Source of the DNA: Solirubrobacterales bacterium
GTDB lineage: Bacteria > Actinomycetota > Thermoleophilia > Solirubrobacterales > Solirubrobacteraceae
DNA length: 64,000 nucleotides
NCBI GenBank assembly: GCA_044446425.1
Contig: JBIOEW010000018.1
Location: 4,110 to 68,109 of the forward strand
Direction of reading: 5' to 3'
Below the pieces are notes generated by a model that saw only the letters and a list, made by a program, of their open reading frames with translations, had not been told where the DNA came from and did no database searches. Below are positions 10,499-19,630 of this stretch, piece by piece. Made by a program: the position numbers and the translations under genes. Position 1 is the first letter of the stretch; each line of letters starts with the position of its first letter.

Positions 10499-11395
10499 AT
10501 GCGAAGAAGAACACCCCAGATCGTCGCGCTCGGTGGCGGCGGCTTCTCGATGGAGCGCGACAGCTCTCTGCTCGACGACTACGTGCTGTCGCTCACCGAC
10601 GCGCAGCGGCCGCGCGTCTGCTTCCTGCCGACCGCCTCCGGCGACGCCGACCACTACGTCGTGCGCTTCTACCGGCGCTTCGCCGCGAGCTGCGACGCCA
10701 GCCACGTCTCGTTGTTCCGCCGCGACCAGGGCACCGGCGGCGTCGAGGACGACCTCGCCAGCCACCTGCTCTCCCAGGATCTGATCTACGTCGGCGGCGG
10801 CAACGTCGTCAGCATGCTCGGCGCCTGGCGCGCGCACGGGCTCGACGACGTGCTGCGCAAGGCCTGGCGCAAGGGCATCGTGCTGTGCGGCCCCTCCGCC
10901 GGCTCGCTGTGCTGGTTCGATGAGGCGCTGAGCGCCTTCCACGGGGCGCCCCGTGGCGTGCGCGGCCTCGGCCTGCTGCCCTACTCCAACTGCGTGCACT
11001 ACGACGCCGAGCCGCAGCGCCGCGCCGAGTACCACCGCTTCGTCGGCGACGGCATGCGCCCCGGCTTCGCCGCCGACGACGGCGTCGCGCTGCACTTCCG
11101 CCGCACGCGCCTGAAGCACGCCGTCAGCTCGCGCGCCGACGGCTGTGCCTACCGCGTCGAGCACACCCGCGACGGCGTCGTCGAGACGCCGCTCGAGGTC
11201 GCCTACCTCGGCCTCGGCGCCGACGGCGCGCCGGAGACGAGCGCCGAGGTCTCGCGGGCGCAGGCGGCCGAGCCCGCCGCGCCGGTCGCGCAGCCGACCA
11301 AGTCACGCCGTCCGCGCAGGCACGGCACGCGGCGCTCGACGTCGTCCGCCAAAGCCGAGCTGCTGCCGGTCGCGCCCGAGCCGGTCCCTGCGTGA
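10499..11395 (+). CDS. Peptidase E (S51 family, class I GATase-like fold)
   Basis: GGGGF, FLPTASGD, IYVGGGN, GPSAGSLCW nucleophile, HYD, DDG; low-complexity basic C-terminal tail. Confidence 0.88.
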   Translation: MRRRTPQIVALGGGGFSMERDSSLLDDYVLSLTDAQRPRVCFLPTASGDADHYVVRFYRRFAASCDASHVSLFRRDQGTGGVEDDLASHLLSQDLIYVGGGNVVSMLGAWRAHGLDDVLRKAWRKGIVLCGPSAGSLCWFDEALSAFHGAPRGVRGLGLLPYSNCVHYDAEPQRRAEYHRFVGDGMRPGFAADDGVALHFRRTRLKHAVSSRADGCAYRVEHTRDGVVETPLEVAYLGLGADGAPETSAEVSRAQAAEPAAPVAQPTKSRRPRRHGTRRSTSSAKAELLPVAPEPVPA

Positions 11396-11411
11396 GCAGT
11401 AGGCTCGGAGG

Positions 11412-12239
11412 ATGAGCACGGAGGCCGCGCCCGTCGAGGTGCCGTTGCAGCAGCGGCAGATCTTCGCGATGGGCGGTGGCGGCTTCACGATGGAGCCGAC
11501 CAACCCGCTGCTCGACGACTTCGTGCTCTCGCTGAGCGTGGCCACGGAGCCGCGCGTGCTGTTCCTGCCGACCGCCTCCGGCGACACGACCGCGCAGATC
11601 AACGCATTCCAGGCGCGCTTCGCCGACCGCTGGTGCAAGCACGAACATCTTTCTCTGTTTCGCCTCTCCGAGGCGCGACACCCGCTGCAGGAGACCGTGC
11701 TCGAGCAGGACATCATCTATGTCGGCGGCGGCTCCATGCGCAACCTGCTCGCGATCTGGCAGGCGCACGGGCTCGACGAGTTGCTCGTGCGAGCCTGGCG
11801 CGCCGGCACCGTGCTTGCCGGCCTCAGTGCCGGCGCCATGTGCTGGTTCCAGGGCGGCGTTACGCGCTCGAGCGGACCGCCCGAACCGCTCCCCGGGCTC
11901 GGCCTGCTCGAGGGCTCGCTGACCGTGCACGCAGACGGCGAGCCTGAGCGGCTGCCCGTGTGGCTCGCCGCCGTGCGCGACGGCACGCTGCCCGGCGGCT
12001 GGGCGCTCGATGACGGCGTCGGGCTGCTGTTCTGCGGCCTGCAGATGTCACGCGTCGTCAGCTCGCGCCCCGGCGCCGGCGCGCAGCGCGTCGACCAGGT
12101 CGCCGGCGAGCTCGTGCGCAAGCGGCTCGAGCCCGAGCTGCTCGGCGATGGCGCGCCCGGCGTGCTAGGCGGCGTCGACGAGGCCGTGCAGGAGCTGCGC
12201 CGGGTGCACCGCATGCGGCGCGGCATGAGCGAAGGCTGA
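11412..12239 (+). CDS. Peptidase E (S51 family), tandem paralog
   Basis: GGGGF, FLPTASGD, IYVGGGS, GLSAGAMCW, HADGE, DDG; GGAGG RBS. Confidence 0.88.
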   Translation: MSTEAAPVEVPLQQRQIFAMGGGGFTMEPTNPLLDDFVLSLSVATEPRVLFLPTASGDTTAQINAFQARFADRWCKHEHLSLFRLSEARHPLQETVLEQDIIYVGGGSMRNLLAIWQAHGLDELLVRAWRAGTVLAGLSAGAMCWFQGGVTRSSGPPEPLPGLGLLEGSLTVHADGEPERLPVWLAAVRDGTLPGGWALDDGVGLLFCGLQMSRVVSSRPGAGAQRVDQVAGELVRKRLEPELLGDGAPGVLGGVDEAVQELRRVHRMRRGMSEG

Positions 12240-12245
12240 CGCCGC

Positions 12246-13292
12246 TCAGCCGAGGGCCGTCCCGGGCGCGAGGCCGCCGTTCTCGATGCCCACGCCGCGG
12301 TGCGCGCTGTCCTCGTAGACGACCACCGATTTGACGTCGAACTCGCGCGTGGCGCTTTTGAAGCCGCTCGTGCAGTGGCATTCGCGTAGCGCGTAGCTGA
12401 GGATCAGCGTCGTGCGCGCCGAGTGGACCGGTCGGGCCGGCCCCACGTTCGTCGCCCACGGCTGCAGCTCGCCGTCGATCCACACGCTGTAGGTGTTGTC
12501 GGGCTTGATCTCGAACGTGTACGTGTGAAATGCCAGTGACGGGTCCTCGGCAAAGCCCCATTTGTCGGCCGTCGGCATCGGCGGCGCGAACCACGCCGTG
12601 TACAGACCGTCCGTGCTCCAACCCGTCGTGTGCTTTTCGCTTGCGCCACCGCCCTCGAAGAAGTCGACCTCCGTGCCTTCCCACGGGGGCCCGTTCGACC
12701 ACCAGCCCGGATCGGCCTCGCCCGTGTTCGGCGGGAACTTCGCCACCGCCTCGAACACGAGCGTCTGATCTTTGCCCGGCGACCACGTGAAGAACCTGTA
12801 GCCCCGCACGCCGTCGTTCTGCCCGCGCAGCGCCCCGCACACGTAGTGCTTCGCGCCCGGCGACTGCGCCTCCGTCGTGTGCGTGCACGAGAGCCGCAGA
12901 CCTTGCGGCGTCGTGGACACAGCGCTCGGGTTCATCACCTCCATCTCGTCCGTGTTGAACCCCGGGCAGTTGCTCCTGAGCGCACAGTTGTTCGGGAACC
13001 ACGTGTTGTCCTGGCCCGGCCCGTTGCCGATCGGCGCGGCGAACCCGTCGGCATAGACGACCGACCAGCCTCCGGCCGGTGTCGCCGGCCCCGTCGGCGT
13101 ACGGCTGACCGCGTGCAGGCTCGCCGCGCCCTGCTCGCGATTGGTGGAGGAGCAGCCGAGCAGGGCCACGGCGGCCAGGCCCAGCGCCGGCAACGACGCG
13201 ACGGCCCTGGCCGAGAACGGACCAGCACGCCGCCGGCGCCTGCGGCGTTGCGGCGGGGCATCCGTGCCGGCGCCGAGGAGATCGCTTCCCAC
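12246..13292 (-). CDS. Putative lipoprotein with GH16-like (beta-jelly-roll) catalytic domain
   Basis: Arg-rich N-terminus and LLGC lipobox; GWSVVYADGF start; EVDFFE = ExDxxE GH16 catalytic motif; FHTYTF...VWIDG. Confidence 0.7.
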   Translation of the reverse strand: MGSDLLGAGTDAPPQRRRRRRRAGPFSARAVASLPALGLAAVALLGCSSTNREQGAASLHAVSRTPTGPATPAGGWSVVYADGFAAPIGNGPGQDNTWFPNNCALRSNCPGFNTDEMEVMNPSAVSTTPQGLRLSCTHTTEAQSPGAKHYVCGALRGQNDGVRGYRFFTWSPGKDQTLVFEAVAKFPPNTGEADPGWWSNGPPWEGTEVDFFEGGGASEKHTTGWSTDGLYTAWFAPPMPTADKWGFAEDPSLAFHTYTFEIKPDNTYSVWIDGELQPWATNVGPARPVHSARTTLILSYALRECHCTSGFKSATREFDVKSVVVYEDSAHRGVGIENGGLAPGTALG

Positions 13293-13315
13293 CCCGACGA
13301 GGCTAGCTCGCGCCG

Positions 13316-14890
13316 TCAGCCGATCGTCGTGCCCGGGGCGAGACCTGTGTTTTCGACGCCCACGCCCGCATGGGCTTTGTCCTCGTAGACCGACACCGAT
13401 TTGACGTCGAACTCACGCGTGCCGCTTTTGAAGCCCGTCGTGCAGCCGCAACGGCGCAGCGCATAGCTGAGGATCAGCGTCGCCTTCTCCGTCAGATCCG
13501 GTTTGGCGGGGCCCACGTTCGTCGCCCACGACTGCAGCGCGCCGTCGATCCAGATGCTGTACGTGTTGTCGGGCTTGATCTCGAACGTGTAGGTGTGGAA
13601 CGCCAGCGACGGGTCGACCGGGAATCCCCGTTTGGTCGCCGTCGGGTGCGGCGTGGCGAACCACGCCGTGTAGAGCGGGTCCGTGCTCCAGCCCGTCGTG
13701 TGTTCGGGGCTTGCTCCGCCGCCCTCGAAGAAGTCGACCTCCGTGCCGTTCCATGGCGGCCCGTTGGACCACCAGCCGGGATCCGCCTCGCCCGTGTTCG
13801 GTGGCAGCTTCGCGACCGCCTGGAAGACGAGCGTCTGGCCTTTGCCCGGCGACCATTTGAAGTAGCGGTAGCCAGCCGGCTTGGCTTCGGTCTGCGCGCG
13901 CAGCGTGCCGCAGACGTAGTGCTTTTTGCCGGGCATCTGCACCGTCGTGCGAGTGCACGTCAGCTTCAGGCCTTCCGCCGTCTCGCTCACCGCGCTCGGG
14001 TTCATCACCTCCATCTCATCTTTGTTGAAGCCCGGGCAATTGCTCGTGAGCGTGCAGTTGTTCGGAAACCATGTGTTGTCCTGGCCCGGCCCGTTGCCGA
14101 TCGGCGCACCGAAGCCGTCGGCGTAGACCACCGACCAACCTCCGGCCGGCGTCGGCGGCCCCGTCGGCGTCGCGCCGACGAGCGCTTTCTGCGCCCGCGC
14201 TTCCTGCAGCCCGGCTTCGCGCGGAGCTTCTTCGGCGACCGAGACTCCTTCTTCGCCTTGCGCCGGTTGCGCTTCGGGCGATTCCCCTTCTGGCGGTTCG
14301 CCTTCAGTCGATCCTTCTGGCGGCGATCCCTCCCCAGGCGCTTCTTCTTGATCGCGACCCGAGGGCTGTTCGTCGAGCGGTTCGCCGTCGAGCGGTTCTT
14401 CGAGGTCGAGGCCGGCAAGCGGCGTCGCTTCGGCGATCGCGACCGGGCCGGGCGTGTCACGGTAGAGCGCGCGCACGCGCACTTCGTAGGGCACGTTCGG
14501 CAGCTGCGAGATCGTGTATGAGCGGGTCCGGCGCGACACTTCCACGCCCCCGCCCCCGCCGACCGCTCGCCAGCGGATGCGAAAGCCGCTCAGTCCAGCC
14601 GTGCTCGACACCTCCCACGATGCCGACAGCGAGCCTGGCGCCGGCGTCAGCTGAAGGTTCACCGGCGTCGGGCGCTCGGCAAGTGACGCGTCCGGCACGA
14701 GCGAGACGCCGAGCGCGATCAGGGCAAGCATCGCTGCCGGCAGCGCACCCCTGCGATGTCTCGACGGGCGCAGTCCCCCGGCGCCACGTCGATCGCCGTT
14801 GCCGTTGGCATTCGCCTGCTGGAAAGCCGCGATGAGGATTCCTTCCTTTGCCGTTGCGGCGACCACATCCACGCAGCCGCTCCCATGCAC
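13316..14890 (-). CDS. Secreted Fn3 + acidic linker + GH16-like protein (paralog of neighbour); start uncertain
   Basis: Hydrophobic signal-like segment; Fn3-like (LSASW...FRIRWR...YTISQLPNVPYEVRVRA); E/P/G-rich linker; C-terminal domain near-identical to the 12246-13100 domain including EVDFFE. Confidence 0.7.
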   Translation of the reverse strand: MHGSGCVDVVAATAKEGILIAAFQQANANGNGDRRGAGGLRPSRHRRGALPAAMLALIALGVSLVPDASLAERPTPVNLQLTPAPGSLSASWEVSSTAGLSGFRIRWRAVGGGGGVEVSRRTRSYTISQLPNVPYEVRVRALYRDTPGPVAIAEATPLAGLDLEEPLDGEPLDEQPSGRDQEEAPGEGSPPEGSTEGEPPEGESPEAQPAQGEEGVSVAEEAPREAGLQEARAQKALVGATPTGPPTPAGGWSVVYADGFGAPIGNGPGQDNTWFPNNCTLTSNCPGFNKDEMEVMNPSAVSETAEGLKLTCTRTTVQMPGKKHYVCGTLRAQTEAKPAGYRYFKWSPGKGQTLVFQAVAKLPPNTGEADPGWWSNGPPWNGTEVDFFEGGGASPEHTTGWSTDPLYTAWFATPHPTATKRGFPVDPSLAFHTYTFEIKPDNTYSIWIDGALQSWATNVGPAKPDLTEKATLILSYALRRCGCTTGFKSGTREFDVKSVSVYEDKAHAGVGVENTGLAPGTTIG

Positions 14891-14980
14891 CCTCCCTTAC
14901 CCAAAGCCTCACTACCCTACGCGAAGCTGGTGTCCTGAGTCGGAAATTCGGGGAGCGTTTGCCGAGCGGATGGTCGTGTC

Positions 14981-15046
14981 TGACGTTCCTGTCGACAGAG
15001 CGTTGCCGCGCGCCTCAACGGCAGGGTGCGCTCGTCAGAAACGTCA
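14981..15046. repeat. Long imperfect intergenic palindrome
   Basis: tgacgttcctg...cagaaacgtca outer arms with inner gac.gagcg/cgctcgtc and tgccg/cggca stems. Confidence 0.55.
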
Positions 15047-15062
15047 CGCCCAAGTCCTCATC

Positions 15063-15080
15063 GCCGTGCTCGGGCACGGC
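15063..15080 (-). terminator. Short hairpin downstream of the aldo/keto reductase gene
   Basis: gccgtgc-tcgg-gcacggc, 7-bp perfect stem about 20 bp past the stop. Confidence 0.45.
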
Positions 15081-15101
15081 CTCCTGCATGTGCGTGCTAT
15101 C

Positions 15102-15944
15102 TCAAGGGCGTACGAAGGTGCTCGGGTCCGGGCCGATCCGCCTGCCCGCGTCGAGCGCCGCGATCGACCCGAGCTCATGCTCGCTCAGCTCGAAGTCGAA
15201 CACGTCGATGTTCTCGCGGATGCGCGACGGCGTGACCGACTTCGGGATCACCACGTTGCCGATCTGCAGGTGCCAGCGGATGATCGCCTGCGCCGGCGTC
15301 TTGCCGTGCGCTTGCGCGACCTCCACGATCACCGGGTCCTCCAACTCGAGCCCCTGTCCGAGCGGGCTCCAGGACTCGGTCAGGATGCCCAGCCGCTCGT
15401 GCTCGCGGCGCAGGCCGAGCTGCTGGAAATAGGGATGCAGCTCGACCTGGTTGATCGCCGGCGTCACGCCAGTCTCACCGATCACCCGTTCGAGCTGCTC
15501 CGGTTCGAAGTTCGACACGCCGATCGAGCGCACGAGGCCTTCCTGCTGCAGCTCGACGAATGCCGTCCATGTCTCCACGTAGAGGTCATGCGCCGGCACC
15601 GGCCAATGAATCAGATAGAGGTCGAGATGGCTCAGCTCGAGCCGCTCCAGGCTTGCGCGGCAGGCGCGCTTGGCCTGCTCATAGCCCTGGTCGTCGTTCC
15701 AGCACTTCGTCGTGACGAACAGCTCATCGCGATCGAGGCCGGAGGCGTGCAGCGCCTCGCCGACGCCGCCCTCGTTGCGATAGGCGGCTGCCGTGTCGAT
15801 CTGCCGGTAGCCCGCCGACAGCGCCTCGGCAACCGCCACCGCGGTCTCCTTGGGCGGGACCTGGAAGACACCGAAGCCCAGTTGCGGGATCCGCTCGTTC
15901 GGCGCGATCGGGAGCTCGGGAATCTGCTGTGCGGGGGCGCTCAT
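15102..15944 (-). CDS. Aldo/keto reductase (DkgA/2,5-DKG reductase-like)
   Basis: GFGVFQV, IDTAAAYRNE, LFVTTK, DLYLIHWP, IGVSNF, NQVELHP, IPKSVTPSRIREN; GGAG RBS before ATG 15944. Confidence 0.93.
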   Translation of the reverse strand: MSAPAQQIPELPIAPNERIPQLGFGVFQVPPKETAVAVAEALSAGYRQIDTAAAYRNEGGVGEALHASGLDRDELFVTTKCWNDDQGYEQAKRACRASLERLELSHLDLYLIHWPVPAHDLYVETWTAFVELQQEGLVRSIGVSNFEPEQLERVIGETGVTPAINQVELHPYFQQLGLRREHERLGILTESWSPLGQGLELEDPVIVEVAQAHGKTPAQAIIRWHLQIGNVVIPKSVTPSRIRENIDVFDFELSEHELGSIAALDAGRRIGPDPSTFVRP

Positions 15945-16021
15945 GCTTTCTCCAATCTCCACTATGCCCGATGCGAAACGCGGGGAGCGGTGTGCTTGGC
16001 GGTCGGGCCTCGCTCGGGCCT

Positions 16022-16606
16022 TCAGCCGGCCGGCAGCAGGCTGCGCACGAGCTCGCCCCAGCAGTGCTTCAGCTGCGCCTGGGACATGCCCAACTCGCGG
16101 CGTTGGAAGAGCACGAGTTCGCCGACGAGCGTGCCGAGCAGCACGTCGGCGAGGTAGCCGACCTCGCCCTCATAGCCGCTCCCTGAAACCAGCGCCGCGA
16201 CGTGCGCACGGTAGGCGGCGTAGACGCTGTGGCGCAGCCGATCGCCGGGCGCGCCGTTTTCGGCGGCCACGAGCAGGTCGCCCTGGATCTCGATGTGCTC
16301 GAGCATGCGCTCGCCGAAGGCGACGAGGCGCTCGCGCGGCGGCGGCCCCGGCCCGAGCGGCGCCGGCCCACGGATGAAGCCCTCCTGCAGGGCGCGCTCG
16401 CGCTCGTCGAGCAGCCCGCGCATCAGGCCGCAGCGATCGCCGAAGTGGCGGAACAGCGTTCCCTTGCCGACGCCTGCCGCGCGTGCGACCTGATCCATCG
16501 TCACGCATTGGGCGCCGTGCTCGGCGACGAGCGCTTCGGCGGCAGCAAGGATCGTCGCCCGGTTGCGCGCAGCATCGACCCGCTCGTGCCGAACAGGCTC
16601 GAGCAT
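16022..16606 (-). CDS. TetR/AcrR family transcriptional regulator
   Basis: ERVDAARNRATILAAA...VTMDQVARAAGVGKGTLFRHFGDR HTH; GPAPLGPG motif; start could be up to 16681. Confidence 0.92.
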   Translation of the reverse strand: MLEPVRHERVDAARNRATILAAAEALVAEHGAQCVTMDQVARAAGVGKGTLFRHFGDRCGLMRGLLDERERALQEGFIRGPAPLGPGPPPRERLVAFGERMLEHIEIQGDLLVAAENGAPGDRLRHSVYAAYRAHVAALVSGSGYEGEVGYLADVLLGTLVGELVLFQRRELGMSQAQLKHCWGELVRSLLPAG

Positions 16607-16666
16607 CGGCAACCCCCGTTGCGCGACATCGCCCTCCAAGCGGGAGATCCTATCTTGCGCGATTAC

Positions 16667-16716
16667 CGGACTACAGTCCATTTGTGTTATTGTATCCCTA
16701 TACGGACCACAGTCCG
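16667..16716. promoter_or_regulatory. Pair of palindromic operators (CGGAC-N4-GTCC) flanking AT-rich divergent promoters; probable TetR sites
   Basis: cggacTACAgtcc at 16667-16679 and cggacCACAgtccg at 16703-16716, 36 bp apart; TATTGT (+) and TACAAT (-) -10-like hexamers lie between them. Confidence 0.7.
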
Positions 16717-16790
16717 GATGATCCGGGGCAGGCAGGGCCGCTCGCAGAGCAACCCCGGAAAACGCAAACCAAGACCTTCAAGGAGCCCCC

Positions 16791-17351
16791 ATGTCAGCCA
16801 CAGCAACAGCCACCCAGACGCAGCTTCCGCTCGGTACGTGGAAGCTCGATCCGACGCATTCCTCAGCCAGCTTCGCCGTCAAGCACATGGTCGTCGCGAC
16901 CTTCCGCGGGCGCTTCGAGAACATCGACGCCACGCTGAAAGTCGGCGAGGACGGCGCCGGACAGCTGCTCGGCACGGTCGACGCCGGCTCGATCGTCGTC
17001 AAGGACGAGAACCTGCAGGCCCACCTCGGCTCGCCCGACTTCTTCGACACCGAGCGCTACCCCGAGCTGCGCTTCGCCTCCAAGGCGATCCGCCGCGACG
17101 GCGAGGAGCTGATCGTCGACGGAGAGCTGACGATCAAGGGCCGCACGCACGCCGTGGAGGCGCGCGGCACGATCACCGGCCCGCACGAGACGCTCGGCGG
17201 CGCGGTCAAGATCGGCGTGACGCTCGAGACCGTGATCGACCGCACGCAGTTCGGCCTGGAGTGGAACGCGCCGCTGCCGAAGGGCGGCTTCGCCCTGGCC
17301 AACGACGTCAAGCTGACCGTCGAGCTCGAGCTCGCGCGGGACGGCGAGTAG
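16791..17351 (+). CDS. YceI family polyisoprenoid-binding protein
   Basis: WKLDPTHSSASFAVKHM, RGRF, HLGSPDFFD, GELTIKG, IDRTQFGL; AAGGAG RBS. Confidence 0.92.
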   Translation: MSATATATQTQLPLGTWKLDPTHSSASFAVKHMVVATFRGRFENIDATLKVGEDGAGQLLGTVDAGSIVVKDENLQAHLGSPDFFDTERYPELRFASKAIRRDGEELIVDGELTIKGRTHAVEARGTITGPHETLGGAVKIGVTLETVIDRTQFGLEWNAPLPKGGFALANDVKLTVELELARDGE

Positions 17352-17358
17352 CACGGCC

Positions 17359-17925
17359 ATGCGGGTCTTGGGTATAGCGGGCTCCCTGCGCAGCGATTCG
17401 CACAACGGACGTCTGCTTCGGGCGGCGGCAGGGCTGCTGGCGCCCGAGGTGGAGTTCGTGCGCTTCGACGGCCTGAAGGCGATCCCGCCGTTCGACGAGG
17501 ACGACGAGACGGCGCCTGGCGCGGCCGTCGAGCGCTGGCGCGAGGAGCTCGAGCTGGCCGACGCGCTGCTGTTCGCCACGCCCGAGTACAACCACTCGAT
17601 CCCGGGTGCACTGAAGAACGCCGTCGACTGGGCCTCGCGCCCGTTCGCCACGGCCGCGCTGCGCAACAAGCCGGCCGCCGTGATCGGCGCGAGCACGGGC
17701 ATGTTCGGCGCCGTCTGGGCGCAGGCCGAGCTGCGCAAGTCGCTCGCCGCCGCAGGCGCGCGTGTGATCGACCGCGAACTGCCCGTCGCGGACGCCGGGA
17801 GCGCATTCGCCGCCGACGGCGCGCTGGCCGAGCGCGAGCAGACGCTGGCGCTCGGTGAGATCCTCGCTGAGCTGCTCGCCGAGGCGAGCAGTCGCTCGGC
17901 GAGCACCGTCGCGGTGGCAGCCTGA
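17359..17925 (+). CDS. NADPH-dependent FMN reductase
   Basis: GSLR..S.N, TPEYNHSIPGALKNAVDWASRP, GASTGMFGAVWAQ. Confidence 0.92.
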   Translation: MRVLGIAGSLRSDSHNGRLLRAAAGLLAPEVEFVRFDGLKAIPPFDEDDETAPGAAVERWREELELADALLFATPEYNHSIPGALKNAVDWASRPFATAALRNKPAAVIGASTGMFGAVWAQAELRKSLAAAGARVIDRELPVADAGSAFAADGALAEREQTLALGEILAELLAEASSRSASTVAVAA

Positions 17926-17959
17926 GTCACCCACCGACGCGGAGCGCGACAATGGAGAC

Positions 17960-18577
17960 ATGGCAACCGAGCAGCAGCTCGCGCCCGTGCTCGTCAGCGA
18001 CGAGCTCGAGCGCTGGCTGAGAGGCGATCAGCCGAAGACACTCGGCAGCCTGATCGACGTGTTCGGCGAGCGCAGCTTTGCGATCGTGTTCGTGCTGCTG
18101 ATGGCGGTACCGGCGCTGCCGCTGCCCACGGGCGGCGTCACGCACGTGTTCGAGGTGATCACGATGCTGCTCGCGCTTGAGTTGATCGTCGGGCGCCGCA
18201 CGATCTGGTTGCCCGCGCGCTGGCGGGCGCTGCAACTCGGCGGCGAGAGCAAAGAGAAGTTCATCGATGCCCTGCTACGGCGGATCCGCTCGCTCGAGCG
18301 AATCTCGCGCCCCCGCGCGCGCTGGCTGTTCGGTCATCGCCTGAGCGGCGTCGTGTTCGGCTTGGTCGCGCTCGGTCTCGCACTGACCGCGTTCCTGGCC
18401 CCACCCTTCTCCGGCCTCGACACGCTGCCGTCCATTGGCCTCGTCGTGCTCGCGCTCGGCTATCTGATGACCGACGTCGCAATCAGCGCCGCCGGCGCCG
18501 CGATCGGCGTGCTCGGCGTCGCCTCGGTGATCTTCCTCGGAAGCATCGCCGTGAAATTCTTCAAGAGCATCTTTTAG
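17960..18577 (+). CDS. exoD: ExoD-family membrane protein (exopolysaccharide synthesis)
   Basis: TLGSLIDVFGERSF, PALPLPTGG, IWLPARW, LERISRPR, PP...DTLPS patterns; GGAG RBS before ATG 17960. Confidence 0.8.
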   Translation: MATEQQLAPVLVSDELERWLRGDQPKTLGSLIDVFGERSFAIVFVLLMAVPALPLPTGGVTHVFEVITMLLALELIVGRRTIWLPARWRALQLGGESKEKFIDALLRRIRSLERISRPRARWLFGHRLSGVVFGLVALGLALTAFLAPPFSGLDTLPSIGLVVLALGYLMTDVAISAAGAAIGVLGVASVIFLGSIAVKFFKSIF

Positions 18578-18652
18578 CTTAGTTAATCCGATCATCCGAC
18601 TTGGTTCATTCGATCGTCTGGTCGCTGCTCCGTCTGCAACGATGCGCCCGAG

Positions 18653-19174
18653 ATGCGCTTGCTGATATGGGGGATCGTTGGGCTATCTGGGCTCGGTCTG
18701 GTAATTCAGCTCATCGGGATTCACGGCGCCACCAACGAACGCAGCGCGATCCAACATGCCGTGCGAGCGCCGTTCCAGGATCTCCGCCGGCATGATGCCC
18801 GAGCGCTGTGTGGGGACTTCATCCCCGCCGTCGCCGCGGATCTGACGGCGAGGGGGCGCAGTTGCGCGGCGCGTGTCGAGCAGCTGTTCCACCGCAGCTC
18901 CAGCGAGACCGAATATCTGCCCTCGCACAGCCTGCTCTTGCCCGGACGTGTGACGGTGACGAGCATCCACCGGTACGGCGATCGGGCGACAGCGGACTCG
19001 GTCGGCCCCGGATCTCCGGGGCTCGTGCGTCACTGGCAGCTCGCGCGGGTGGATGGGCGATGGCGCGTCGCCACGCCCGCCACACTGCAACTGCAATCCG
19101 ACTGCCGGCGGCGCCCGTTTGGCGCTTCGGGCTGTCTCGACGTGCTCTCGATGCGGCTCGGCCAAGCGCAGTAG
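18653..19174 (+). CDS. Hypothetical secreted/membrane-anchored protein (possibly NTF2-like)
   Basis: N-terminal hydrophobic segment; ALC...SCA Cys pair; GDRATA...LARVDGRWRV ending seen in small actinobacterial exported proteins. Confidence 0.55.
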   Translation: MRLLIWGIVGLSGLGLVIQLIGIHGATNERSAIQHAVRAPFQDLRRHDARALCGDFIPAVAADLTARGRSCAARVEQLFHRSSSETEYLPSHSLLLPGRVTVTSIHRYGDRATADSVGPGSPGLVRHWQLARVDGRWRVATPATLQLQSDCRRRPFGASGCLDVLSMRLGQAQ

Positions 19175-19189
19175 AGCGCGACCGGGTGC

Positions 19190-19462
19190 TCAGCCTTCGA
19201 GGTCTTCCTCGAGGTCTTCGACTTCGGCCGCCAGGTCGGCGACGCTCACTTCCAGTGCGTCCGCGATACGCCTTACAGTGGTCCAGCCGGGGCTGTTCAG
19301 GCCCCGCTCGATACGCGACAGCGCCGACGAGGTGATGCCGGCGTCGAACGCAAGCTCTTCCTGCGTCATCTCGCGATCCTCGCGAAGTCGTTTGAGCTGG
19401 GCCGCCAGAAATGGGTCCGCTGGTTCATGCACATAAGAAACATCGCTGACAGTTGGGGTCAA
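19190..19462 (-). CDS. XRE-family HTH transcriptional regulator; start uncertain (possibly GTG 19432)
   Basis: LKRLREDREMTQEELAFDAGITSSALSRIERGLNSPGWTTVRRIADALEVS. Confidence 0.9.
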   Translation of the reverse strand: MTPTVSDVSYVHEPADPFLAAQLKRLREDREMTQEELAFDAGITSSALSRIERGLNSPGWTTVRRIADALEVSVADLAAEVEDLEEDLEG

Positions 19463-19597
19463 TGTCCAGGGGTTTTAGTCCTAGGACGTCAAGACAGGTA
19501 TCCTCCTTCATTGCACAAATCATCCCCACAGATGGTCACGTGCACCGGCCGAGCGAAGCGCCTGCACGAGAGTGCCGGCGCCGAGCCGGTCCCGCCA

Positions 19598-19630
19598 GAG
19601 GCCCCCGGGAGCTTGCCCCCCGGGGGCTTC
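19598..19630. terminator. GC-rich hairpin downstream of tRNA-Ser
   Basis: gaggcccccggg...cccgggggcttc 12-bp stem (one G-U pair) around a GCTTGC-containing loop. Confidence 0.6.
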
